Positions 52,820 to 64,000 of a stretch of DNA of 64,000 nucleotides are shown one piece after another. This DNA comes from Podarcis cretensis (taxonomy: Eukaryota). Within the stretch, counting starts at the first letter, position 1, and each line of letters starts with the position of its first letter. Below the pieces are notes generated by a model. It saw nothing but the letters and a program-made list of their open reading frames with translations, searched no databases and was not told where the DNA came from. The position numbers and the translations under genes were made by a program. The stretch lies in contig OX638154.1 in assembly GCA_951804945.1 (NCBI GenBank), forward strand, positions 63,550,001 to 63,614,000, written 5' to 3'.

Positions 52820-52955
52820 CAGGCATAGGCAAACTCAGCCCTCCATATGTTTTTGGCCTACAATTCCTATGATCCCTAGCTAACAGGGCCAGTGGTCAGG
52901 GATGATGGGAATTGTAGTCCCAAAACATCTGGAGGGCAGACTTTGCCTATGCCTG
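52820..52955. mobile_element. Palindromic hAT MITE (136 bp)
   Basis: CAGGCATAGGCAAA...TTTGCCTATGCCTG with TSD CTCTGGAG/CTCTGGAA. Its core is related to 21160-21304. Confidence 0.9.
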
Positions 52956-53343
52956 CTCTGGAATGTGAGGAGAACCCCCAGGACAATGGGAGAGGGGAGG
53001 AGATGAGGCTCCTTCCATCAGGGAAGCAGAAATGTTTGTGTTAATGGAGCAATATCGTTAACACAACACTGAATATTCCCCCCCCCCATATGTGTCGTCC
53101 CAGATTATTTCATCTTTTTCATAAATTAGCATTTGTCTTTAAACTGTTCATATTAACACTAGCTGTTCATAATAGCAAAATAAAGAAGCATTTCTTCATG
53201 GTAAATATTGTGGGTGGGATCTTGGGTATGTTGCTTTCTTTTAGGCTTTTCTTTTGGGCATTTCATAACAAGTATACAGAATATATGCACACCCAAAAGC
53301 AACTTTGATTGACTGATTTATTTATTTTCTTTAAATTGTTTAG

Positions 53344-53492
53344 CTTGCAAAAAAGATCCGGGAAAAATTTAACCGGTACTTGGATGTGGTAAATCGGAAC
53401 AAGCATGTGGTGGAAGCTTCATACACTGCTCATCTGACATCGCCTCTGACTGCAATTCAAGACTGCTGCACCATTCCACCGTCTATGATGGA
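53344..53492 (+). CDS. CACHD1: CACHD1 internal coding exon (probably exon 3), 149 nt, phase 0-2, LAKKIREKFNRYLDVVNRNKHVVEASYTAHLTSPLTAIQDCCTIPPSMM(E)
   Basis: Acceptor tttattttctttaaattgtttag| and donor GA|gtaagt. The frame is open and the peptide continues the CACHD1 sequence. Confidence 0.96.
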
Positions 53493-55078
53493 GTAAGTAT
53501 TCAATAGGATCCCAACTGAGAGTTGCCTTATTAATTGGGGTAAGCCCATTCGTCTGGGGACATCTTGACCTGGTCTTGGGTCAGGGCCCATGTGAGAGAG
53601 GCTTGGCGGAGCAGACGGTCTGAAATGGTTTCAAGTTGAACGCTGATCCCATGGGAATTATGGACATCAGGTTGTTCTGTGAAGGCAGTGTCAGTGAAAC
53701 CTTTTCACTCCATGGACTGCATTCCTTTCTTCACAGCCTTCCAGTGTTGTGCAGAGTTAGAAGCAAAAAGTGGGTGGACTGTTACCTTCACACAGTAGGC
53801 GTGTTTCTATAGACACATGTGCTTCTCTGTCCTCCATCTGTGAAAGCAATAAGCATTATCAGTGTTCATGGACATAATTCTACCCAGGCAGAAGCATGCA
53901 AAGAGGATATAGAGAAGGAGGCTCTAAGTCTTTGGCCTTGAATTTGCCCTGTTTTTAGTTTGTGGCCTAGTTTAAATGGTACGTGTTGAATGATGTACTT
54001 GCATTATCAGGTCAGCTTTTAGCCAGTACATGAAAATATAAGTATTTTCAGCCTAGTGTTTTGGTTTGGAAACTTGGTGCTATTGAATTTTGCTAGTGTG
54101 CTGTTAGAAACAGAAAAAGTTTGTTGTAGTAAGGCATTACAGAAGGAAAATTGGCTAACGTGTCAGATTTCAAAATTGATTTATAAATATGAAAGACTTG
54201 TTTGGAAAACATGATTAATGCTGCTTTTAAAAAATATCGCCGGCCTGAAAGTTGAAAAGGCTGCACATTTTTGGACTGTATGTAAAGTGCTTTGGTTGGC
54301 TGATCAATATTAATTAACAGACATAAAAGACTCTAAACAGATAATAAAAATGCATTACAGTATATGAAACAGGATCACTTCAGTTACATAATGCACATAA
54401 AATGATCTTTATATTTATTCTCTACCTTTACTAAAGAGAGTTGGCTATGGAAATAGTGACCTTTGCTGCAACTGTGTCTTGCAAATAATTATTGAGAGTC
54501 CCAGTGAATACCGGGCAGTGGGAAGCAGGTTTACTAAAAACAGATGGCTTTTATATGGTCTTATAAAAGCATACTTCTGTTTAATAGCTCAGGACTTCCT
54601 GAATTACACTGATAAGGCATTTGTTGGAATACAGTTACAGATTTAGTGATAAGTACATTAGCTGTGTGTGGCTTTTAATTTTTAGAAGAATTAATTTTGT
54701 AGTGCAGTTCTGAGCGCATTCTCTGCCCATACCAACCTCACTTTGCCCAGCCTATTTTGAGCCAGGCTAGAAATAGCAGGGGGCTGTTCCTTATAGGAGT
54801 TACTATTTAAGTGTGTTTCCATACAGAGTACACTGGAAGCATTGAAAGGGGCTGTGCATTGATCACTGAATATAGTTAAGTTGTGAGTGGGCAGCTCACA
54901 AATACTGTGGGCACAAGCCATGAGTTCCAAATCAACAAAGGTGTGAAGAAGAAGCTGTTAGTCTTAACCACACTGCAGTCCTTTCTTTCACATACCACTG
55001 GATGAGCAGCTCCAGCACTTATTCACAAAATCACAAAGAGCAGTGGAAGACAACACAGTTAAAGTTCCATTGTGGAAC

Positions 55079-55235
55079 CATAAGGACATAAGAAGAGCCT
55101 GCTAGATCCAGCCAGTGGCCCATTTAGTCCAGCATATAGTGGCCAACCAGTGGCCTGTGGGGAATACTCTAGCATTCTCTCCTCTCCTCCCTCCTGTACT
55201 TAGTAACTGGACTAGAATGATTGCCATCTGGAAGG
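55079..55235 (-). mobile_element. CR1-type 3' tail fragment (CATAAGAA repeat lineage)
   Basis: CATAAGGACATAAGAAGAGCCTGCTAGATCCAGCCAGTGGCCCATTTAGTCCAGCAT. A related relic lies near 10370-10540. Confidence 0.65.
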
Positions 55236-55296
55236 AAAGTTGCGTTAAACAGAGGATGTGACACAGGCATGGACAATGCCAAAGCAGGCAGAGATA

Positions 55297-55556
55297 CTGT
55301 ATTTTTTGCTCTATAAGACTCACTTTTTCCCTCCTAAAAAGTAAGGGGAAATGTGTGTGCGTCTTATGGAGCGAATGCAGGCTGTGAAGCTATCCCAGAA
55401 GCCAGAACAGCAAGAGGGATCGCTGCTTTCACTGCTCAGCGATCCCTCTAGTTGTTCTGGCTTCTGAGATTCAGAATATTTTTTTCCTTGGTTTTCCTCC
55501 TCCAAAAACTAGGTGCGTCTTGTGGTCTGGTGTGTCTTATAGAGCGAAAAATACGG
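55297..55556. mobile_element. Tc1/mariner-type MITE (CCGTATTTTT TIR family), long variant with internal hairpin
   Basis: Same termini and subterminal sequence as 18697-18865, with a TA TSD. Confidence 0.88.
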
Positions 55557-57216
55557 TACTTATAGAGGGCTGTTTTAGTCAGGTTTTATTATTCTAGCCT
55601 GAAGCTGAGTACAGCCAGAGTCCAGGAGCCCAGCAATCTATGGTTAATGTTAACTGGTTTGTCTGAAATCAGTCAACTTCGAACCAAGGGTTATGAAGCT
55701 GAGTTATTTCAATAAAGCATAGTTAAGGTTAAACACCGTTTAGGGTTTGAACAGAAGGCTAAATTGCAAGTAATCTAAACGAGAAGAAAACTGGAGAGAG
55801 GCGGAAACACATAAACCCAAGATTTGCACAGGTTTATTCCATCATGGTGAACCATGATTTATCTTGTTGACTAAACTCAACATTATTTGACTCAGCTTTT
55901 GTTCTCTGTGCCTTAATTGATTATGCTGGGTTTTTGTTTTTTTAAAAGAAATCCTTAAGGGACATTTTCTTTATCTCAGTACACTGAGAGAAATTCTTAT
56001 CACTGTAACATATTACTTGACAAGTCTACCTTAGATTCATGAGTGTAATATTTACATGGGTAAACCAACAGATCTATTTTTGAAGATCATTTACTTCATG
56101 AATGCGATAATTGCTTCAGAAGTGGTCTGGCTCACCTTTTTAAAATAGCTGCTTAAATATTTGCTATTGCAGTTCAGCTTTATCACAGCCTTTTCTTCTG
56201 TTTACATGCCCTCTCATGGGCTGTTAAGTTGTGAGATAAGGAGATTCCCATTCTGATCTTTCAAGTTGCTGGTGGAGTTGTATTTTCAAGAATACGAAAC
56301 TGGATTTGGACTCAGCTTAATGGAATTTCAACAGTGTGCAAAGATGACTGTAGAGATTTGGAAGGACTGAGTCTTACAGTTTTGGAGTATGTGTATTATA
56401 CAAACCGTTTTCTTAAGCACTCATTAGAAATTAGTATTGGATTTGTAGGAATCCAAGTATGGGATAGGCTAGGAAGAATCCTTCTAACACAAGTATTATC
56501 AGGGCATACAATGACAAAACTATTATTTCCGTCACAAATCGCTGCAGTGAGTTAAATTCTAGTATAATTAAGTGCTGAGAGAATAAAATAGAACCCTTCC
56601 CCATTATCATAAAATTCTGTCCTGAGTTCCTAGTTATTCTCACCATTTAAAAATAAATAAGCATTTAAGAAGCCTTTGAGATTATACTTAGCACCATTCA
56701 TGTTAATATAACACCAGATAAACAACATTTGTTTCATCCAGACATATTGGAAAGTCTCCAGGTTAGTCAAATGGATAATGGTTTACTGTGTTTGCATTCC
56801 TTAAAAACAGGTGCATGCTTAAGTGCTTTCAGGATTAGAGCTCCATTATTAGTTCATTACAAGTATTTTAAAATAAAAGCCATGTTTAATATTTCAGTAC
56901 TGTACTGAAATATGCAGATAAAATATTAATTACAAGAATATGCCTTGCTGTTAAAAAACAACAACTAGTTTTAGCATTTTAAATAAAATTGTTAATTTTG
57001 AATTAGTTTGTAATGTAGCTGCATTTACCCCAGGGAAAACACCTTTATAGAAATTTAAACAAAGAATGGAAAAAAGGACAGGTCTTGTTACAACAACAGA
57101 TGAGTGTCATTTTTATATACACATTCTCTTTCTTCACCCCCTATTTTCTAAAACTGAAACTGCATAGAAGAAGTTGATTTACTTTGTGAATAGAGGCTGA
57201 ATGCAATCCAATTGGA

Positions 57217-57404
57217 NNNNNNNNNNNNNNNNNNNNNNNNNNNNNNNNNNNNNNNNNNNNNNNNNNNNNNNNNNNNNNNNNNNNNNNNNNNNNNNNNNNN
57301 NNNNNNNNNNNNNNNNNNNNNNNNNNNNNNNNNNNNNNNNNNNNNNNNNNNNNNNNNNNNNNNNNNNNNNNNNNNNNNNNNNNNNNNNNNNNNNNNNNNN
57401 NNNN
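57217..57404. other. Assembly gap (188 N) in CACHD1 intron 3
   Basis: Run of N. Confidence 1.
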
Positions 57405-58446
57405 TCTTGCAAGCTAGGCAGGGAGCGAATTTCTCCATGGGGAAGAGATCAAAGTGGGAGTCACAGTTCTGTTTTCTCCCTCTGGATGCAGTTTCGATCA
57501 GTTGTTCATTAAAGTGAATCCAGAAGGAAGGGTTTTCATATAGTATAGAAAAAGAAAGGGGGAAAGAAGAGGGTTGGGTAGTGGGAATGGATGATACTTT
57601 TTCTTGCAGCTGAAGTTAAGAGCACATTTTGATCATTTTTAATTGCAGAAACTATTTTCCACCAAAAAACTCCCCCCACCCCACCCCTGGATGGTTTGGG
57701 GATTTGTTACAGATACATTTTTTCAAGAGTTTTTATAGAGGACATGTTTTAAAACCTGCTTAGTTAATCTACATTCTTTTGTTTGAAAAAGATGGAGGGA
57801 CTAGTTAAACAACTCCCCAGTCCCTATTTAGAGTGCCTATATATTTTATTTGTCTGGAGATCAAGAGTTCATCTTACATTTTTTGTGATTAATATCTTAA
57901 TCATTAGGAACACATCAGGTTTTACGTTTAAGTGCTGTTATTGTATACATTTTAAGGATGGTGAAAAATAAAATCATGAAATTGCCAAATTGCCTGAAAC
58001 AATTATTAGTACCATTAATAACATTAGTTGCTTTTAGATTATAATGGAGGTGTTGTAAGCCATGGACACCATGCAGCAACTTCCAACGAGTACATCCTCC
58101 ATTTTCTTTTATGCGGAAGGTATTTCTGGGCATGCACAATGGGGAGAAAATCCCTGTATTCATCTGGTGCATTTTCATTCTTAAGTTATAGTGGGGGCAC
58201 CTCAGTGGGACTTACATCTGAGTAAACAAAGTTAACAAGGTTGTATGAAATGAGACTAATTTCCTTAAATTTTCCTTTCCTGTAATTCATATCCCTTCTG
58301 ATTTTTTTATTTGGAAGGCAGAATGTAATGCAAGATGTTGGGAACAGACCTGGATATGTTTAGACTTGAGCAGAAATGAATTAGTTTGGATGGTTTCTGC
58401 TAACTTAGGTACTGTGTAAAATTTACAGAAGGATTAGCATCAAGGC

Positions 58447-58727
58447 CAGGGGTCGGCAAGGTTTTCCTCGCCTGGGCTGGTTCACTCCAGAGGAGATCCC
58501 TCCGTGGGCCGGGTTGCGTGCGCATGCCCACAATTTCCAGTGTCGGCGCATGCGCAGACGCGATTACCGGCACAGCGGAAGTGAGTCCCCGCACCACATT
58601 GCGCCGGTTTAGCGCAGTGCACAGGGACTCGCTGAGCGGGCGGCTCAGTTCGGGGGCGGCTCATGAGCTGGTTAAACAACCTCTGTGGGCTGCTTGTGGG
58701 CCGTGGGCCTTAGGTTGCCTACCCCTG
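58447..58727. mobile_element. hAT MITE, inverted relative of 36967-37232
   Basis: CAGGGGTCGGCAA...TTGCCTACCCCTG with a perfect 8-bp TSD ATCAAGGC. CpG-rich. Confidence 0.9.
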
Positions 58728-58762
58728 ATCAAGGCTGTGCAAAGTTGCTAACAGGCCTAAAG

Positions 58763-59020
58763 CAGTGCCATAGCTACCAGGTTTTTTTTGTCTTGGGTGA
58801 ACTTGGCTAGCTAGGTGTTCTGCCCTGGGTGAAGCCTCCAGAGGGGTGCTGTTGCAGCTTCCAGATTGTGTGTGTGTCCATGTGCGTCTGTGTGTGTCTG
58901 TCTGTGAGTGTCCTGTGTGTGTGTCCGTGTGTCCGTGTCCGTGTGTGTGCGCAAATGCACATGGAGGATGCCAAACTGGGTCTTTGGCCCCAGGTGAAAT
59001 AAAGCCTAGTTTCACCCCTG
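58763..59020. mobile_element. Probable hAT MITE with a TG-rich interior, nested in an L2 fragment
   Basis: CAGTGCCATAGCTA...TAGTTTCACCCCTG with imperfect duplication GCCTAAAG/(G)CCAAAAG. It interrupts an L2-like sequence that resumes at 59021. Confidence 0.6.
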
Positions 59021-59415
59021 CCAAAAGATATGTAATAAAGGTGAAAGGTAAACCTTCCTTGGGGAGAGCATTCCACAAGTGGAGACTCACCATAGAAAAG
59101 GCCCATTCTCATGTTGCCACCCTTTGGACTTCTCATAGAAGAGGCACACAAAGTAGGGCCTCAGATGATGATCGCATCAATTCATATGGAGGAGACCGTC
59201 CTTGAAGTATTGCGATCCTGAGCCGTTTAAAGCTTTATAGGTTAAAACCAGCACTTTGAACTGGACCCAGAAACTAATTGGCAGCTTTTGCAGTCAGGCC
59301 AGGATTGGCGTTATATCCTCAAACTGTTTTGTTCTGTTGAGCAACCTGACCACTGAATTCTGATCTGCTGAAGTTTCCGAACCATCTTCAGAGGCAGCCC
59401 CACTGCAGTATAACA
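59021..59415 (-). mobile_element. L2-clade LINE fragment ending ~95 nt upstream of CACHD1 exon 4
   Basis: Homologous to 18340-18640 (GGGGAGAGCATTCCACAA...GAAAAGGCCC...GGGCCTCAGATGATGATCGCA). Confidence 0.8.
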
Positions 59416-59509
59416 CTCTTCCCCTAATGCAAGCTCAAGGAAGAGTCCATATTTAAACAACAGAACTAGTTTTTTTGTCTTATTAATTTTACTATTGCAT
59501 TCATTTTAG

Positions 59510-59616
59510 GTTTGATGGAAACTTTAACACTAATGTGTCTAGAACAATCAGCTGCGATAGACTGTCTACCACTGTGAATAGCCGAGCGTTCAATCCTGGC
59601 CGTGACTTAAACTCTG
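59510..59616 (+). CDS. CACHD1: CACHD1 internal coding exon (probably exon 4), 107 nt, phase 2-1, (E)FDGNFNTNVSRTISCDRLSTTVNSRAFNPGRDLNS
   Basis: Acceptor cattcattttag|G completes the GAG codon split from the previous exon. Donor is TCTG|gtaagt. Contains an N-V-S sequon. Confidence 0.96.
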
Positions 59617-60607
59617 GTAAGTAATGCATACTTGAGCATGTAACTTCTGCCTTTTGCTGCAGAAAACCAGCATCCAGCGCCACAGCAACCGCGTTTTATC
59701 TGACGCTGCCACACTGTTTTTAATTTCCAGAACTGAATGAGAGGAATATGTTTTCCTGCAATGATGTTGATATTCCAATATACCATGTAATTGATAGGAC
59801 TTTATATCAAACTTAATTTGTTTTCTGTGTAGCCATCTGCCCTGGCATCAGTAATGTCAGTTCTTCATAGTGACATTACAAAGGGGCCTCTTTGATCTTT
59901 TGAGTTCATCTAACGTAGAGGTTCTGCAGCAAACTGGCATTAACTCTGATTTATGAAGATGCCCTGAAATACTTCGTTTCTTTGATGTGCTGTGGGGTTT
60001 CTATACTGGGGATTGACCCATTTGCTTGGCACGTTATAAAGCTGGAGGTGTGTCTAAGACTGCAAGACTTTTCACAAGAGATTGAGCCTTCGGTTAACAC
60101 TACTTTCTTAGCATTGTTTTCAAATGGAAATAAATTAGCTTTACTGTTTAGAAAAGGGGGTGGGGAGAAACCTTTTGTCATCCAGTGGTATATGTGGTGG
60201 GGGTTTTTTTATAGCATGGGTGGGTTCTGATTTGACTTAAACTCCTTTGCCCCCCCCCCCCGAAATGAAAGGTACAGATTAAGGGGCTGTATAGGTCAAA
60301 ACGAAAGTGTGTGTGTGGGTTTATAGGAGATGTGCAGTCAACTACAGATATAGGAGTGTGTGTGTTTGTATTATATCAGTAATGTAGGGGGTGCAGGTGT
60401 GTGATTTTTTTTTACTGGAGAGGACTTTGTCCTACATTTTAAATGGAAAAGGACCATCTCAGGAGAAGCTGCTGTGATTGTAACAAGCAGGGATCACTCT
60501 TCAGTTAGCAGTTACACTTTATTTTCCTTGTTACTTCTTCTCCACCCATTTCCTCTCATTGTCAGTCCTACAACTGATGATTTTGTAATGCTTGCAGTAA
60601 AGACAGG

Positions 60608-61004
60608 TGCTATTTGGTCCAACATCCAGCAATGCAGGAATCTCAACTAGATCATACATGATAAATGGCCATCCAACTTCTGCTTAAAAACCTCCAAGGA
60701 GGGAGACTTCACTACCTTTCCAAGGGTGTCTGTTCCACTCTAGAACAGCTCTTACTGTCAGAAAGTTTTTCCTGGTGTGTGAAATGGTATATGCTGGCAT
60801 GGCTTCACAGCTGAAGGAACATACTCGTGAAACTTGTATTTTTATATAGTGTATCTTGATTTCAGCAAGGCTTTTGACAAAGTTCCCCATTATATTCTTG
60901 TGGAGAAGCTGGTAAAATGTGGGTGGCCTTGTGGGGGTTTCTGGCCTTGTGGGGGTTTGGATTAGATGACTTAGGGGTCTCTTCCAACTCTACATTTCTA
61001 TGAT
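60608..61004. mobile_element. Composite CR1 relic: minus-strand 3' part, then plus-strand RT piece fused to the 3' UTR
   Basis: 60608-60778 is a minus-strand CR1 end. 60846-60923 encodes IVYLDFSKAFDKVPHYILVEKLVKCG. 60959-61004 is the CR1 tail (CTTCCAACTCTACATTTCTATGA). Confidence 0.82.
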
Positions 61005-64000
61005 ACCAGCATATCAAATACTAATTCAAGCCATTGGCCTTCCCTCGCTCACTTGCTGCTGTTACATCTTTCTCTAGCTGGGGCGGGGGGCGGGGATAGC
61101 AGTGCACTGAAGCAGGCTGCCTGAGATGGAACTAGCACAGCCTTCTTTTGTGTTTATTTCATTAACTTTTTCCAGGTAGAGGAGGTGGCACCAATGGTAG
61201 TGAGAGAAAGGGCAGAGTGCAGGGAGATGCATGACCGATTGCTTGAACAAGTATTCAGCTTGCTGGTATGAACACCTGTCCATTCCACTGAGAAGCCAGG
61301 AAAGATCTGCCATGAATTCTGATTTTAATTCACATCTGTCTTCACCTTTAGTTCATTTGCTGCTGTGTGGATATAGAGATTCTTCATGGACCCACTGCCA
61401 TGAAGCTGATCCTTCCCGGGTCAACTCTTCACTGTTGGTGGCTGTGTATTCTCAAAGGAGAACTATCGCTGCTGTCACTGCCATAATAGGCCGCTATATC
61501 TGGTTCTCCTCTTGTTGGTTTAATATGGTAGAATGCAGGAAGAGATATCCTAGGAGAGGTTATGCACCTTTTGAAATGCCTTTCAGCTGTCCCAGGAATC
61601 ATCCATGCTACATACACTGCAGCTTCGAGCTGAAAAGGTGGTTGAATGTTAACGAACATAAAAGGCAAATGTGGCTGGTTTCCTTCCCTTCCCTTTCCCC
61701 TTTCTGGCTGTCTGATTTATCCCTTGTGGGCCATGTGGGTTTCCATTTACAATGAATAATTATTATTTTGAGTTTAAGTCAGGAATCATATAAGTGAAGA
61801 TATGATATTAAAGAAAACACCCAGTCACATTTTAAATTTAGGCCCCTAATGTTCTTTAGGGAATTGCAGCATAGCTATAAAAGAAGGCTGGTGCTGATGA
61901 TTCTCTTCCCTATATATGCCAGGGAGTGTCATGTAGGAGCTCACTTTTTTGTGAGTTAAGACTATAATCCTTTGCACTTCCTGGAAAAACAAACATAAAC
62001 AGTAAAGCTTCCAGCAAATTAAGGCGAAACATTACAAAACTACTCATCATTACTGATCTGTTTTGTTAAGGGATCGGGTCTGTAGAAACTCTTGAATAAT
62101 GTGGTTTCTATCCAAATAGACAGATTATTCCTGATACCTAAACAGGTTTGCAGTTGATTGTAGCCTCAAAAGCCTTTCTTCCTTATCTTCATCTTCAGAA
62201 AGTTCTGATAGTTCTTTTCCTCCAGCTTGTTAATTCATTCTGCCTTCCCTAGGGAGAGCTGCCAATTTTGCCATAACCCTGTGCTTATTTTTCTATGACC
62301 ACAGTGTACAATCTTCTGTGAGATAAGCAGGGACTACTTCAGCTGGAAAAATAAGCTTTCTAACCCCCCCCCACACACTTTCAGGTATCCTTTTATTTTT
62401 CATCCAGTAAAGCTGCAAGAATTCCCTGCTGAGATTTCTTAGTTTCTTCATTGCTACAATCCCTAAGAGGTGTACTTTGGGGGTCTCCTTTTATCTTCAT
62501 TCCAAGCCTTTTACTCTTTAAAATGCTTTCCTTTTATGCCATGTTCCTATGTGAGGCTTGCTAAGATGGCATCCATTGTATATATCCTAGCATTTAAACT
62601 AAGTAAGCAGGTATCTCTCTTGTTTCTGGTGCCCAGATAGATTTATTTAAAGCACAGTAGCATTGTTCCATAATGCATTGTTCCATTTATCTCCTCAAGG
62701 TATTGGTTTAGCAAAAAATAACCACATTCCTGCTAACACATTCCCCCTACTAACTCCTATCCTAGAAAGAATGACCAATCACTTTTGTAAAATTCTGCCA
62801 TTCTGGAGCTGTGGTGCTTTTCCCGCAGAGTTGCAGTGAGCTGTTTAAAAGGGATCCTGAAAAACTTTTTGTGGAGGTAATCGGGTTTTCTGGAAGAATA
62901 AAAGTGCCTTACTTCTAAGATTAGGAGCACCTGGAATTTGCAAGCCTGCTTTTCATGACTTTTTGGCTCCTCTGTTTATATCTCTCTCCCCTCCCCCCCT
63001 TTTTTAACCAATGTGTATTTATACAGCTGCTAAGCGAGGATCATTCGTGCATTTGATAAAATAAGCTTATGTGTGAAAGCTTAGGCACCGCAAAACTCTT
63101 TCCTTGTAACCCCCCCCCCCGCCCCTGCCCATGAGTTAGGTAAAAATATTTGCCACATGCCCAGTAGCCGTCTCTTTATTCAGGCTTGAATCTTGGCACT
63201 GTGAAAAGGCAAAATCCTGAGGTCATCTCTTTAAGTGCAGGGTGTCCAGTAGATTTTAGCTACAGGCGCGGGTGTGAACATTTAAGAGAGGCATACTGAC
63301 AATGCATGACTTTGGTGCAGTGCTGTCAGCCTTGCAAAATCCCACACAAAGCCCTTATTAGTTCTTCCTGATTAAAAATTACCTTAAAGGCATGAAGCAC
63401 GTAACAGGAGATGGGCCCCTTGTGGAGACAACCTTAAAAAACTTCAGAGAGAATGCCAAAATGATAACGCTTGGCACTTATGGATAACACTTGCAAGATA
63501 TAAAGCGTATTGGAATCATTAACTAATTAATCTTCAAACATACTAAAAATGGAACATGATTACTCATTATGTAACAGTTACTTTAATAAGTCACATATTG
63601 AGTATTAAAGTTGAGTGCCTTAGGCTAGAATGAGAGCAGCACCCTTTCCACATTATATATGTAATATGGCAGTCCTCTATTGGAAGCTAAAAATAGATTC
63701 TCTCTCACCCCCCCCCCCTTTATGTCAGTTTCCTCAACTGTGCCTTATGTGTTTTAGGCATCCTGAGGAATGGGGCGTTGAGAGGCAGGAATGTCACTTA
63801 ATGCACATCTAAAGTTCTTTAAGAAAGCGTTGGTGGACCCAACCAGCCAGATGGGTGGGATATAAATAATTAAATTATTACGATGGGATAAAAACCTCAA
63901 TCTGGATCAAATGTTTTGCAGTGCAACTTCTTTTATTGTACAGTTAAATTTCAGGTAATAAAAACAGCAAATTTAAAAAGTGTTCTCTCTATTGCTAGTG

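Noticed and set aside
57148-57517. ORFs spanning the X run
   Set aside because: Artefact of the assembly gap.
61231-61755. Longest ORF (174 aa)
   Set aside because: No recognisable domain, composition typical of random intronic ORFs, and no match to the expected next CACHD1 exon (VLADNLKSNPGIKWQYFSSEEG, from memory), which was not found in the window.
1-64000. CRISPR array, operon or other prokaryotic system
   Set aside because: The sequence is spliced vertebrate gene DNA. There are no regularly spaced direct repeats and no long ORFs.

Overview
Vertebrate genomic DNA, AT-rich and CpG-depleted, almost certainly from a squamate reptile. The young Sauria/Squam1-type SINEs with (ACCTTT)n tails suggest a lacertid lizard. 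The window lies inside the CACHD1 gene (VWA and Cache domain protein 1, an alpha2delta-like protein) on the + strand. It contains the 3' ~39 kb of intron 1 and three internal coding exons (39391-39453, 53344-53492, 59510-59616). These splice in frame to RIFNSFVYTEKISNGESEVQQ-LAKKIREKFNRYLDVVNRNKHVVEASYTAHLTSPLTAIQDCCTIPPSMME-FDGNFNTNVSRTISCDRLSTTVNSRAFNPGRDLNS. None of the exons appears in the supplied ORF track, whose ORFs are essentially spurious or repeat-derived. The introns hold six Sauria SINE copies (two subfamilies, all sense), hAT MITEs with 8-bp TSDs, Tc1/mariner-pogo MITEs with TA TSDs, and L2, CR1, RTE and Penelope relics, often nested. There are also microsatellites and a 188-nt assembly gap. 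I found no convincing wholly new biological system. The best leads are a minimal hammerhead-ribozyme-type Penelope terminus nested in a hAT MITE, a candidate poison or alternative first exon upstream of CACHD1 exon 2, covarying 3' stem-loops and strand bias in the SINEs, inverted MITE pairs bracketing exons 2-3, and candidate GATA/E-box and TCF/LEF enhancers. Repeat family names come from recalled consensus features, not from a database search.
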